A stretch of DNA of 64,000 nt from Candidatus Spongiisociaceae bacterium. GTDB lineage: Bacteria > Actinomycetota > Acidimicrobiia > Spongiisociales > Spongiisociaceae. A program made the translations under genes and the position numbers. The notes beneath the pieces were generated by a model that saw only the letters and a program-made list of their open reading frames with translations, searched no databases and had not been told where the DNA came from. The stretch covers positions 3,296,001 through 3,360,000 of the forward strand of contig OZ253564.1 in assembly GCA_965262915.1 (NCBI GenBank), in the 5' to 3' direction. Shown here piece after piece: positions 20,089-29,666 of this stretch (the stretch's first letter is position 1; each line of letters begins with the position of its first letter).

Positions 20089-20950
20089 ACAGGGAGAGGG
20101 CGGTGCCTCCCCGGATGGCGGCCCGCTCGTCGGGGCTCAGGTCGGGAAGGTAGTGGTCCACCAGCGCCAGGACCTTGCCGTGCCCGGGGTTGATCTTGAT
20201 CCACGGCCAGTCGGACGCGTTGAGCATGCGGTCGGCGCCGAACGCTCGGTAGATCCGGTCCACGACCCCCTGCATGTCGGGGTGCGGGTAGTCGGTCTGG
20301 GTGAAGGCGTACTGACCTGATACGTGAACGTAGAGATCGTCGGGGTGTCGGGCCGCCACCTGCTCGATCAACTGCAGCGAGTCGGGTGGGAGCGGGATGT
20401 CGAACCGGGGACGCCGGTACTCGTCCATCGCCAACTCCATCCAGATGTCGGGGCAGAACCCGAGGTGGTTGAGCACCACCTTCAAACCGGGGAGGAGCTT
20501 CATGGCCTCGTCGAGTAGGCGTACCTGGTCGGGCGAGCCGTAGAACCATACCTTCATGTCGAGGTCGCGCATCGCTTCGAGAACGGGGAACACGTCCATC
20601 GACTCAGCCGCTTGACGTTGATCCGCTCCGAAACCGTACATACGCAGACCTTGGATACCCGCGCGCTCGGCCCGGCGGGCAACTTGCCCGGCGCCGTCCG
20701 CCGCCTCCGCGTCGTAGACGCCCACGCCGGCGAACTTTCCCGGATAGTCAACCAGGATCTCCGCCAGATAGTGATCGTGGGGCGATAGCGGAACGATGAG
20801 GGCATGATCCACACCGGCTGCGTCCATTACTCCCAGGAACTCCTCGGCCAGTTCCTCCCTCCCCGCCGGCGCCATCCCGTCGAACACGAGGCGGGGGTAG
20901 GTATCGCTGTGGGCCTTGAACAGATGCAAGTGAGCGTCGACTACGGCCAT
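20078..20950 (-). CDS. Amidohydrolase_2 family protein
   Basis: VDAHLH, VLNHLG, ASDWP. Confidence 0.9.
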   Translation of the reverse strand: MAVVDAHLHLFKAHSDTYPRLVFDGMAPAGREELAEEFLGVMDAAGVDHALIVPLSPHDHYLAEILVDYPGKFAGVGVYDAEAADGAGQVARRAERAGIQGLRMYGFGADQRQAAESMDVFPVLEAMRDLDMKVWFYGSPDQVRLLDEAMKLLPGLKVVLNHLGFCPDIWMELAMDEYRRPRFDIPLPPDSLQLIEQVAARHPDDLYVHVSGQYAFTQTDYPHPDMQGVVDRIYRAFGADRMLNASDWPWIKINPGHGKVLALVDHYLPDLSPDERAAIRGGTALSLFNF

Positions 20951-20991
20951 GTCAGGTCTCCATTCATGTTGTCCGGGTGCCGGCCAGAGCG

Positions 20992-21678
20992 TCAGACGTC
21001 GGTAGCCAATCGCTCGGCGCGCACAGCTTCGATCTGCTCGGCTTGGTCGGCGATCCACGATAGGTGATGGCCGGTCAGGTATCGACGCAGGAACATCAGC
21101 AGATGCTCGAGGAGTTGAGGTTGGTCGGTGAGCAGGCCCGGGCCGGCACACTCCGAAGCTGCGGTCACCTGTAGCTTCTGGCCCATCATCCTCGGGTAGA
21201 TGAAGCCGACGTGTTTGCTCACTTCCTCGTTTAGGGCGCCTCTCAGCACGAGCCGCATGGCCGGACGGGTTGTCCGCCAGTCGATGCTCGCAGCCACCCG
21301 CGGGAGTGGAGCGATCATGACATGCACCGGCGCCCCACAGTCAGCGTCGAGAAACAGCAGGGTCTCGGTAATCGAGCCGTAGGCCACCAGCGCTACCGGG
21401 CCGAAGGAAGCAGATATCTCGGCCAGCATCGCCACCAGATCGTCCCGCAAGGAATCGGCGTCGGGCTCCCCGTCGGACAGGCCGTGGCCCCTCAGTTCCA
21501 CGCTTATCACCCGGAGTCCGTGGGCGGCCAACCGGACGGTAACCGGACCCCATGCGTCGAGGTCGTCCCCCAAGTCATGCACGAAGACGACGGGCGGGCC
21601 GTCGCGCGACCACTCGTGACCTCGGAGGATGATTCCGTCTTGGAGCCGGATCGCGATCGGGACCGGCGTAGTCACCAT
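20992..21678 (-). CDS. Alpha/beta hydrolase-fold protein lacking GxSxG
   Basis: VVFVHDLG and ELRGHGLSDG present; ALVAYGS in place of the nucleophile elbow. Confidence 0.7.
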   Translation of the reverse strand: MVTTPVPIAIRLQDGIILRGHEWSRDGPPVVFVHDLGDDLDAWGPVTVRLAAHGLRVISVELRGHGLSDGEPDADSLRDDLVAMLAEISASFGPVALVAYGSITETLLFLDADCGAPVHVMIAPLPRVAASIDWRTTRPAMRLVLRGALNEEVSKHVGFIYPRMMGQKLQVTAASECAGPGLLTDQPQLLEHLLMFLRRYLTGHHLSWIADQAEQIEAVRAERLATDV

Positions 21679-22712
21679 CAGGAGGTGAACGGCTGCGGGT
21701 TGAAGCAGCGGAAGATCCGACCGACCTCGTGGGTGGTCAACTCGGGATGCTCGGTCCAGCAGGGCTCGATCGCATGGGGGCATCTGGGGGCGAACCAGCA
21801 TCCCGGCGGCATGAGCTGGGGCGGCGGGACGAGCCCGGGAATCGGATGCAGGCGGAGCCTCTTGATGCTCACCTGCGGGAGTGCCCGCAACAGCCCTTGC
21901 GTGTAAGGGTGACGGGGGTCCTCGAACAACTCGTCGACGGGCGCCTGCTCGACGATCTCCCCTGCGTACATAACCGCCACCCGGTCGGCCACCGCCGCTA
22001 CAACCGCCAGGTCATGGGTGATCAGCAGCATCGACATGTGCCGCTCGCGCTGCTGGTGGATCAGCTGGTCGAGGATCTGCGCCTGCACCGTGACGTCGAG
22101 GGCGGTGGTCGGTTCGTCGGCGATCAGGATGTCGGGATCGAGAACCAGGGCGAGGGCGATCATGACCCGCTGGCGCATTCCCCCGGAGAGTTCGTGAGGG
22201 TAGGAGTCGAGCCGTCTGACGGGATCGGGCAGCCCGACCTTGGTGAGCACCTCCCCGGCCATCTGCCGTGCTTCGGAGGACTTCACGTCGCGGTGGGCTC
22301 GGATCACCTCGGAGATCACGTCCCCTACGGCGAAGACGGGGTCCAGAGACGTGAGAGGATCCTGGAAGATCATCGAGATGGAGTCGGAGCGGATCTTGCG
22401 CATCCGGCTCTTACCCAGATCGAGGAGATCTTCGTCCTTGAACAGGATCTGCCCTGCCCGCACCCGCACCGGTGGCGTCGGAAGCAGGCGCATGATCGAC
22501 AGGGCGGTGATGCTCTTGCCACAGCCGCTCTCCCCCACCAGGCACAGGATCTCGTTCGGGTAGATGTCCAGTGACAGGTCCCGCACCACGTCGAACGACT
22601 CCCCCCGCGTGGTAACCGCAGTCCGGAGCCCGCGAACGGATAGCAGCGGATCCGTTCGCGCCCCGGGTGCCCGCATGGGGCCGGATGCCAGGTCCGTCGC
22701 CGACGCCATCAC
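21678..22712 (-). CDS. Peptide-type ABC transporter ATP-binding protein (OppD-like)
   Basis: [29 protein letters not shown]. Confidence 0.94.
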   Translation of the reverse strand: MMASATDLASGPMRAPGARTDPLLSVRGLRTAVTTRGESFDVVRDLSLDIYPNEILCLVGESGCGKSITALSIMRLLPTPPVRVRAGQILFKDEDLLDLGKSRMRKIRSDSISMIFQDPLTSLDPVFAVGDVISEVIRAHRDVKSSEARQMAGEVLTKVGLPDPVRRLDSYPHELSGGMRQRVMIALALVLDPDILIADEPTTALDVTVQAQILDQLIHQQRERHMSMLLITHDLAVVAAVADRVAVMYAGEIVEQAPVDELFEDPRHPYTQGLLRALPQVSIKRLRLHPIPGLVPPPQLMPPGCWFAPRCPHAIEPCWTEHPELTTHEVGRIFRCFNPQPFTS

Positions 22713-23626
22713 GTCTTCCGTAACCGTGGGTTGACGACCGTGTATCCCACATCGGCCAGCCAGTTGCTGAGCAGGACGATGGTGATCAGCACCAGGGAGA
22801 AGAACTGGGCCACCGGGTAGTCACGCCGGAGCACCGCGTTGACCAGCACCTGGCCCAGGCCGGGCCATCCGAATATGGTCTCGACCACCAGGGCGTAGCC
22901 GACGATCTGCCCGATACGGAGACCGGCCAGCGAAACGATCGGCACCAGGGCGTTGCGGAAGACGTGGCGTCCGACCACCCGGGCCTCCGAAAGTCCTCCT
23001 GCCCTCAACGTCCGTACGAAGTCCTGGTTGAGGTTCTCGAGCATGGCGGAGCGGGTCATGCGGACGGTGAGCGCCATGCCCTCCATCGCTAGGACCACCG
23101 CCGGAAGGATCAGCTGTTTGGGACTGCAACAGCCGGCAGACGGAAGCCACCCCAGGACGGACGCGAACAACCACACCGCCAGCAGGGCCAACCAGAAGTT
23201 CGGGACCGCCATCCCGGCCACCGAGAAGGTCATTATCCCCCCGTCCCACCACGAGTTTCTTCGCAGCGAGGCGAGCATACCGAGGGGAATCCCGAGACCG
23301 AACACCAGGACGAACGCGGCCACGCCGAGGATGAGGCTGTTCTTGCCGTGCTCGGTTACCAGGGTTCCGATTCTGGCGTTGTTGGTGAGGGAGTTCCCCA
23401 GATCTCCGGACAGGATCCTCCCCACGTAGTCGAAGTACTGCTCGTGGAAGGGGTCGTTGAGACCCAGTTGCTCCCGCACAGCCTCCCGTTCCTCGGCGGA
23501 GGCCGAGGCCGGTACGCGGGCGGCAACGGCGTCTCCGCCGGACAGACGGATCGCAGAGAACACCGCTATCGAGGACAGCGCGAGGACGATCACCATGTAG
23601 ACCGTGCGGGCGAGGACGCGCTTCAC
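22709..23626 (-). CDS. ABC permease (OppB-like), copy 1
   Basis: GDLGNS, PNFWL, VETIFGWPGLG, RDYPV. Confidence 0.93.
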   Translation of the reverse strand: MKRVLARTVYMVIVLALSSIAVFSAIRLSGGDAVAARVPASASAEEREAVREQLGLNDPFHEQYFDYVGRILSGDLGNSLTNNARIGTLVTEHGKNSLILGVAAFVLVFGLGIPLGMLASLRRNSWWDGGIMTFSVAGMAVPNFWLALLAVWLFASVLGWLPSAGCCSPKQLILPAVVLAMEGMALTVRMTRSAMLENLNQDFVRTLRAGGLSEARVVGRHVFRNALVPIVSLAGLRIGQIVGYALVVETIFGWPGLGQVLVNAVLRRDYPVAQFFSLVLITIVLLSNWLADVGYTVVNPRLRKT

Positions 23627-24564
23627 TCCTGCTCGACCCCCTTCGCCTCATGGCGCAGCCTCGGGTCGAACACATCCCGCAGACCGTCTCCGATGAGCGA
23701 TACGGCGAGCACGAGGAGAACGATGGTCAGACCGGGAATCGTCGACCCCCAGTGGTTCAGTTGGAGGTAGTTGCGACCGTCGGACACCATCCCTCCCAGA
23801 CTCGGGGTGGGTGGCTGGGCGCCGAGGCCGATGAACGACAGGGCCGCCTCGGCGATGACGGCCACAGCCACGTAATAGGAGGCGAGGACCAGCGCCGGGG
23901 CCAGGATGTTGGGGAACAGGTGCTTGCCCATGATCCTGGTCGTGGAGAGCCCACCCGCCCGGGCCGCCTCGATGAACTCCCGCTCGCTCAGGGCCAACAC
24001 CTCGCCCCGCACAACCCGGGCGATGGCGGCCGTGTTCACCAACCCGACCGCCAGGATCACCGGGAACAAGCCCTTACCCAGGCCACCCGCGAAAAGCACC
24101 GCCACGAGGATCAGCGGGAAACCCCACACGAAGTCCACCACACCCCGGATGGTGCGGTCCTTCCAACCCCCCAGGAAACCGCCGATCATGCCGAGCAGGA
24201 GGCCGAGAACCAGCGAGATCAGGGTGACACCCGCCGCCACCATGACGCTCACCCGGATCCCGACGAACACCCGCACCGCCATGTCCCTGCCCAGATGGTC
24301 GGTCCCCAGCAGGTAACCCTCGCTCCCGGGTGGCAAGTTGGTGTTGGAGAAGCTCTGGATGGTCGGATCGGCACCCGAGATGATCGGGCCGAATACAGCG
24401 GCGAACAGCACCAGTATGCCGAGGGCGCTGCCCAGCAGCAGCAGCTTGTTCCGGCGCATTCGATCGAGAGCGGCCCGGACAGGGCCTACGCGCCGGCTCT
24501 CCTCGTACTCTGCGAGGCGCCGGTTCCACGCTTCCAGATGGGAACTTGTCTGCTCTGTGACCAT
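23623..24564 (-). CDS. ABC permease (OppC-like)
   Basis: LGTDHLGRD, EFIEAARA, EAALSFIGLG, GDGLRDVFDP. Confidence 0.93.
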   Translation of the reverse strand: MVTEQTSSHLEAWNRRLAEYEESRRVGPVRAALDRMRRNKLLLLGSALGILVLFAAVFGPIISGADPTIQSFSNTNLPPGSEGYLLGTDHLGRDMAVRVFVGIRVSVMVAAGVTLISLVLGLLLGMIGGFLGGWKDRTIRGVVDFVWGFPLILVAVLFAGGLGKGLFPVILAVGLVNTAAIARVVRGEVLALSEREFIEAARAGGLSTTRIMGKHLFPNILAPALVLASYYVAVAVIAEAALSFIGLGAQPPTPSLGGMVSDGRNYLQLNHWGSTIPGLTIVLLVLAVSLIGDGLRDVFDPRLRHEAKGVEQE

Positions 24565-24586
24565 CAGCCCGATCCCTCCGGAGGCA

Positions 24587-25522
24587 TCATACGCCCCGCA
24601 ACCTCGCGGTGCGAAGGCGCGGATTGACCGCCAGGTAACCCAGGTCGGCCAACCAGTTGCCCAGGACGACCAGCGCCACGAGCACCAGCGAGAAGAACTG
24701 GGCAACCGGGTAGTCACGCCTGAGCACCGCGTTGACCAGGACCTGGCCGAGACCCGGCCATCCGAAGATGGTCTCGACCACCAGCGCGTAGCCAACGATC
24801 TGGCCGATACGAAGTCCGGCCAGCGATACGATCGGGATCAGCGCGTTGCGGAGCACATGCCTACCGATCACCCTCACCTCCGGCAACCCGCCGGCCCGCA
24901 GCGTCCGCACGAAGTCGCTCTCGAGGTTCTCGACCATGGCGGAGCGGGTCATGCGCACTGTCAGCGCCAGACCCTCCATCGCCAGCACGACGGCCGGGAG
25001 CACCAGGTGGCGGGGACTGCAGCACCCGGCAGTCGGCAGCCAGTGCAGCGTCGACGCGAACAGCCACACGGTGAGGAGCGCCAACCAGAAGTTGGGAACG
25101 GCCATCCCACCCACCGAGAGCGTCATGATCGACGCGTCGACCACGCCGTTGCGCCGCAGGGAGGCGAGGATTCCCAATGGGACGCCCACCGCGAACACGA
25201 GGAAGAAGGCGGCTCCGCCGAGGATCAGGCTGTGACGGCCGTGGATCACCAGCATGTCGACTATCGGCGAGCTGTTGGTCAACGAGTTCCCCAGATCGCC
25301 CCTCAGCAACCTGCCCATGTAGGCGAAGTACTGCTCGTGGATGGGAAGGTTCAAGCCCCACAGTTCACGAAGCTGCTCGCGTGCTTCGAGTGAGGCCGAA
25401 CCGGGCTGGATGACCGCCGCGACCGCGTCGCCTCCTGCCAGCCGGATCGCATAGAACACTGCTACCGACGACACGAGCACGATCAGCACCATGTAGGCGG
25501 TACGGACCGCGAGTACCTTCAT
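24587..25522 (-). CDS. ABC permease (OppB-like), copy 2
   Basis: Same motifs as copy 1; long stretches identical at protein level. Confidence 0.93.
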   Translation of the reverse strand: MKVLAVRTAYMVLIVLVSSVAVFYAIRLAGGDAVAAVIQPGSASLEAREQLRELWGLNLPIHEQYFAYMGRLLRGDLGNSLTNSSPIVDMLVIHGRHSLILGGAAFFLVFAVGVPLGILASLRRNGVVDASIMTLSVGGMAVPNFWLALLTVWLFASTLHWLPTAGCCSPRHLVLPAVVLAMEGLALTVRMTRSAMVENLESDFVRTLRAGGLPEVRVIGRHVLRNALIPIVSLAGLRIGQIVGYALVVETIFGWPGLGQVLVNAVLRRDYPVAQFFSLVLVALVVLGNWLADLGYLAVNPRLRTARLRGV

Positions 25523-25540
25523 CGCCCAGGCTCCTTACCA

Positions 25541-25570
25541 AGCGGGGGCCGTGAACACACGACCCCCGCT
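25541..25570 (-). terminator. Stem-loop between the binding-protein and permease genes (mRNA stabiliser/partial terminator)
   Basis: agcggggg-ccgtg-aaca-cacga-cccccgct inverted repeat. Confidence 0.65.
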
Positions 25571-25606
25571 TCGCTTCGATCAGTCAGGAAGCTGCAACTG
25601 AGCCCT

Positions 25607-27445
25607 CTAAGACTCGATCCATGTGTCGTTGTAGTACGGGTACAGATTCCATACGAACGGCTGCCATCCGTGCACCTTGTTGTTGTGCACGAAGGTGGCG
25701 TTCTGGTTCATGATGGGTATGTACGGGAGTTCCTCAGCCCATGCCAACTGGAACTGCGAAGCAGCCGCTTGCGCCTGCGTCTCGTTGGCCGATGTCTGCC
25801 AACTGGCGATCGCGTCGTCGATCCGCGCCTCCACTGCGTGCGAGAAGTTCGGTACGGGGATGAACTGGGATCCGCCGAAGAGGATCAACACGTCCAGCGG
25901 GATCGGCCAGAGCCAGAAGAAGAGCGACATCTCCACCGAGTCCCTGCCCGGCCCGCTCTGCTGTTCGAAGGCCAGCGCCCGGTCGACCACATCGAGGTTC
26001 GCCCGGACCCCGACGTTGGCGAACTGGGCCTGGACCGCTTCGGCCACCGACTTCTGAACCGTCTCGTCCTCTACCAGATACCGGAACTCGAACCGCACTC
26101 CTTCCCGCTCGCGGATCCCGCCGCTCCCGCGAACCCATCCGGCCCGGTCGAGCTTCTGGTTGGCGAGATCGATGTCGAACTGGTTGAACTGCTCGACCGC
26201 CGGCTCGTAGTTCCGGTCGGTGGTCGGGAACGGCCCGTGGGTGGGAGCGCCGTTACCGAACAGGATGGCCTGCACCATGCCTTGCCGGTCGAGTGAGTGC
26301 GACAGACCTTGCCGCGTCAGCCGATCACCGAAGTACTCCGGATAGTCACGGTTCATCGCCAGGTGGTACCCGGACCACTCCGGGTGCCTGATCACCGTCA
26401 GGTCCGAGTTCGACTCGAGCCGACCGATGTCCTGGTGGGCCGGGTTGATCAGCGTGTCCACGTCACCGTTCTCCAGCTGGGTCGCCCTCTGGCCGGCCTC
26501 GGTGATGACCGTCCACCGAACCGCGTCCAGATACGCCGTACCCGTGTTCTCCAAGAAAGGCGTCTGCGATCCCGGGTACTGATCCCAGCGTTTCACCAGC
26601 ACGTGGCTTCCCGGCACCCACTCCTCATGGGTGAAGGGACCCGTACCGTCGGCAAGTTCCGTCCCGTACGTCGAGGCGGCGTTGAGGCTGCCGTCGGGCA
26701 GCACCGAGTGCTCCTTCCACGTGTTGATGTTCACGATCCGCCAGTAGCCGGTCTTGTGCGGTCCGAGAGCACCCACCCAGGGGTTCTTCATCTTGACCAC
26801 CACGTCGTTGCCGTCGGCCACGTAGGTGTCCACCGGGGCGGCCAGACCGGCGATGAAGCTGTACTGCTGGATCGACCGGTAGAACTCGGCCACCATCTCG
26901 GCGTTGATGGTCCCGCCGGAGTGGGAGAGCTTGCCTTCGGGAATGGTGAACCGGTACTCGAGCCCGTCGTCCGACGCCGAGAAACCGGAGGCGAACTGGG
27001 GCACCGTTGCGCCGCTCGGGTCGTTGGACAGGATGGCCTCGTAGATGGCGAAGAACGCCGGGTCGTACCAGTTGGTGGTGAGGGGATCATGCTTGGAGAC
27101 GTCCCGGTTGTAGCCCTCCCGTAACGTTCCGCCGACCACGGGCCCCATCATCTCGGGTTCGGCTTCTTCCTCCATGGCCTTGGTCGTATCGGGGGTTTCC
27201 TCTGCCATGGCGGCGGTGGTGGTCGTCGCCTGGGTCGCCGCGGCCTGAGTGGTGGCTGTCGTCGCCTCGGGCTCGTCGTCGCCACAGGCGGCCAGGATGG
27301 AGGCGGCTGCGGCTACGCCGATACCCGCTGTGCCCAGCCGTTTCATGAATTGGCGCCGACCGATCTCCTTAGCCTTGTATTGCTTGGTGAGTTCGGTAAC
27401 CTCGGACCCGAACTCGGACTCCGTCCAAGAGTCACCCATACGCAT
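25607..27445 (-). CDS. ABC substrate-binding protein, family 5, probable Tat lipoprotein
   Basis: GRRQFMK twin-arginine motif, LAAC lipobox, Thr/Glu linker, GTGPF, RQGLSHSLDR. Confidence 0.92.
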   Translation of the reverse strand: MRMGDSWTESEFGSEVTELTKQYKAKEIGRRQFMKRLGTAGIGVAAAASILAACGDDEPEATTATTQAAATQATTTTAAMAEETPDTTKAMEEEAEPEMMGPVVGGTLREGYNRDVSKHDPLTTNWYDPAFFAIYEAILSNDPSGATVPQFASGFSASDDGLEYRFTIPEGKLSHSGGTINAEMVAEFYRSIQQYSFIAGLAAPVDTYVADGNDVVVKMKNPWVGALGPHKTGYWRIVNINTWKEHSVLPDGSLNAASTYGTELADGTGPFTHEEWVPGSHVLVKRWDQYPGSQTPFLENTGTAYLDAVRWTVITEAGQRATQLENGDVDTLINPAHQDIGRLESNSDLTVIRHPEWSGYHLAMNRDYPEYFGDRLTRQGLSHSLDRQGMVQAILFGNGAPTHGPFPTTDRNYEPAVEQFNQFDIDLANQKLDRAGWVRGSGGIREREGVRFEFRYLVEDETVQKSVAEAVQAQFANVGVRANLDVVDRALAFEQQSGPGRDSVEMSLFFWLWPIPLDVLILFGGSQFIPVPNFSHAVEARIDDAIASWQTSANETQAQAAASQFQLAWAEELPYIPIMNQNATFVHNNKVHGWQPFVWNLYPYYNDTWIES

Positions 27446-27535
27446 GTCCTCCTTCGATCGCGCCAGTTTGTGCCTGACGAACTATCTTATCCTGTCGCGC
27501 GCCTTCGGGCCATGGAAATCTGAGGAGAGGGACGG

Positions 27536-28516
27536 ATGAGCGAGTCGGAGCGGGTGCTCGTAACCGGATCAGCGGGGTGTATCGGGGCTTGGGCGGTCCA
27601 CGAACTGGTCCGTGAAGGAACCCCTGTCGTAGCGTTCGACATCACCGAAGACCTCCACCGGTTGCGCCTGGTTCTCGACGACGACGAACTATCCTGTGTG
27701 GTCTCCCATCGGGGAGATATACGCGACGGCGCAACTTTCCGGCACGCGGTCCGGGACAAGGGCATCACCCACATCGTCCACCTGGCAGGATTGCAGGTCC
27801 CTTTCTGTGCAGCCGATCCCGTAAACGGCTCGCTGGTCAACGTCACCGGCACGTTGAACGTGCTGGAGGCGACCCGTCGCTCGGACGGGCAGGTACGCGG
27901 GATCACCTACGCCAGCTCGATCGGTGTGTTCGGAGAGGCCCACCTGTACGAGGGTGGCGTCGCCTACGACGATTCACCCGCAGCACCGGTCACCCTATAC
28001 GGGGCCTACAAGCAGGCCAACGAGTGGACCGCACGGATCTTCGGAGCGGATTGGGGTGTCGGCTCGGTAGGTCTGCGACCCTCGGTCATCTACGGGCTCG
28101 GCCGTGACCAGGGTCTCACCTCCGGCGCCACCAAGGCCATGCTGGCCGCGGCGGCCGGCGTCTCGGGCCACATCACCCACGGCGGCACGGTCACCTACCA
28201 GCACGCCCAGGACATGGCCGCCATCTTTATCGCCGCGGCCCGACTCGAGTCAGAGACCGCACTGGTCCACAACGTCGGTGGACCCGCGGCCGATATCTCC
28301 GAGATAGCGGCCATGATCGACGCCACCACCCCGGGAATCGAGACCACCTACGACACCACCCCGTTCCCGCTGCCCTCGATAATCGACGGTACCGGCCTGG
28401 ACCGGATAATCGACATAGAGCAGCGATCCCTTGAGGATGGCATCGCGGGAACGGTCGAAGACTTCCGCCGTCTCCTGGCTACCGGCCGGGTCGAACCCCC
28501 GACCACTGCCGGATAG
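27536..28516 (+). CDS. NAD-dependent epimerase/dehydratase
   Basis: TGSAGCIG, HLAG, YGAYK, LRPSVIYG. Confidence 0.9.
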   Translation: MSESERVLVTGSAGCIGAWAVHELVREGTPVVAFDITEDLHRLRLVLDDDELSCVVSHRGDIRDGATFRHAVRDKGITHIVHLAGLQVPFCAADPVNGSLVNVTGTLNVLEATRRSDGQVRGITYASSIGVFGEAHLYEGGVAYDDSPAAPVTLYGAYKQANEWTARIFGADWGVGSVGLRPSVIYGLGRDQGLTSGATKAMLAAAAGVSGHITHGGTVTYQHAQDMAAIFIAAARLESETALVHNVGGPAADISEIAAMIDATTPGIETTYDTTPFPLPSIIDGTGLDRIIDIEQRSLEDGIAGTVEDFRRLLATGRVEPPTTAG

Positions 28517-28522
28517 ATTTCC

Positions 28523-28775
28523 CTGCGAACAGTCACGGCATCCGAGTTCAAGGCCAAAGTGCCTCAAGCTCATGGACGAAGTGGCAAGTACCGGAGAGGA
28601 GATCGCCATCACCAAGCACTGCCGGCCGGTCTCCCGGCTCGTGCCGTACCGGCGGAAGCCACAGACTCCTTTCGGTCGGAACCGGGACAACATTCGGATC
28701 CTCGGCGATATCGTGTCTCCGATGCCTCCTGCATGGTTCGAAGAAGAAGGTGACCCGGGCGTCGAACTGTTCTGA
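28523..28775 (+). pseudogene. Phd/YefM antitoxin remnant (frameshifted, no toxin)
   Basis: RTVTASEFKA then +1 at aaa 28556-28558 to KCLKLMDEVASTGEEIAITKH.RPVSRLVP; no canonical start; no PIN gene follows. Confidence 0.75.
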
Positions 28776-29053
28776 ATCTCCCTCTGCCTACAAGATCTAA
28801 CGCTCCGCCCCAGGTAGACCGCCAGGAGATTGCTGCAGAACAGTGGGAGCAGCGGCCATCTTCCTCTGAACAGGCATCATGTCATCGACCGACCGGTCGA
28901 GAAGGGGTCTTGCCCCACCTTCGTAGGAGGTCGGGACTAGAGACTGGTGCGGGGCCTGCGCGCTACCAACTGAGCAAAAGCCGCCCCCTGCAACGTGACA
29001 AATAGTACTTGTATATGGTGAGTTATTTAGTCTCCACTGTTATGATTCGAGTA

Positions 29054-29656
29054 ATGCACACACTCACCAAACTCGCTGACATATCTCAGGGGCTGGTGCG
29101 TTCCGGTCGCGGGGCCGGAGCACGGCCCGGTGACTGGAAACTCCGGATCGTCGAGAGCAAGAACGTAGTCGGAGACGGTCTCGTGCTCGACAATCTCAAG
29201 GAGATCGGTGTGGTTCCGGGTGTCCGCACCGAACGCCACCTGCTAAGACCGTTCGATGTGCTGGTCACCGCACGCTCCCGTAAGGTTCAGTCTGCCCTCG
29301 TCCCCCCCGACGTATCGAGAACGGTGGCAGGTGTGACGCTCCTGGTCGTCCGGCCCCACCACCCCGAGTCCGGCATGGGCCATTATCTCTGGTACTACCT
29401 CACGTCGTCTTTCGGGCGGGCCCGGTTGGCCAGGAAGACCACCCCGAGCCTCACGCTGACCTCGCTCTCGGCGCGCAACCTCGGGGAGGTGCTCGTTCCG
29501 GTACCTCCGGGGCGGACCCTGGATCGCCTGGCCGAGTTGGTCGAAACCTCCGAAGCGGCCTACAAGGCAACCATCGAAGCCGCCGAGATGCGTCGGGAGT
29601 TACTCCGCGATGCGCTGATCGGCGAACTTGTCTACCAGAATGTGGAGGCAAGTTGA
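29054..29656 (+). CDS. Half-size type I R-M specificity subunit (single TRD + helix)
   Basis: LADISQG, LRPFDVLVTAR, YLWYYLTS..GR, LSARNLGEVLVPVPP, C-terminal coiled helix; directly upstream of hsdM. Confidence 0.75.
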   Translation: MHTLTKLADISQGLVRSGRGAGARPGDWKLRIVESKNVVGDGLVLDNLKEIGVVPGVRTERHLLRPFDVLVTARSRKVQSALVPPDVSRTVAGVTLLVVRPHHPESGMGHYLWYYLTSSFGRARLARKTTPSLTLTSLSARNLGEVLVPVPPGRTLDRLAELVETSEAAYKATIEAAEMRRELLRDALIGELVYQNVEAS

Positions 29657-29666
29657 GGAGACCCTA

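Noticed and set aside
28945-28984. Functional tRNA gene
   Set aside because: Lacks anticodon and T arms; kept only as a possible remnant.
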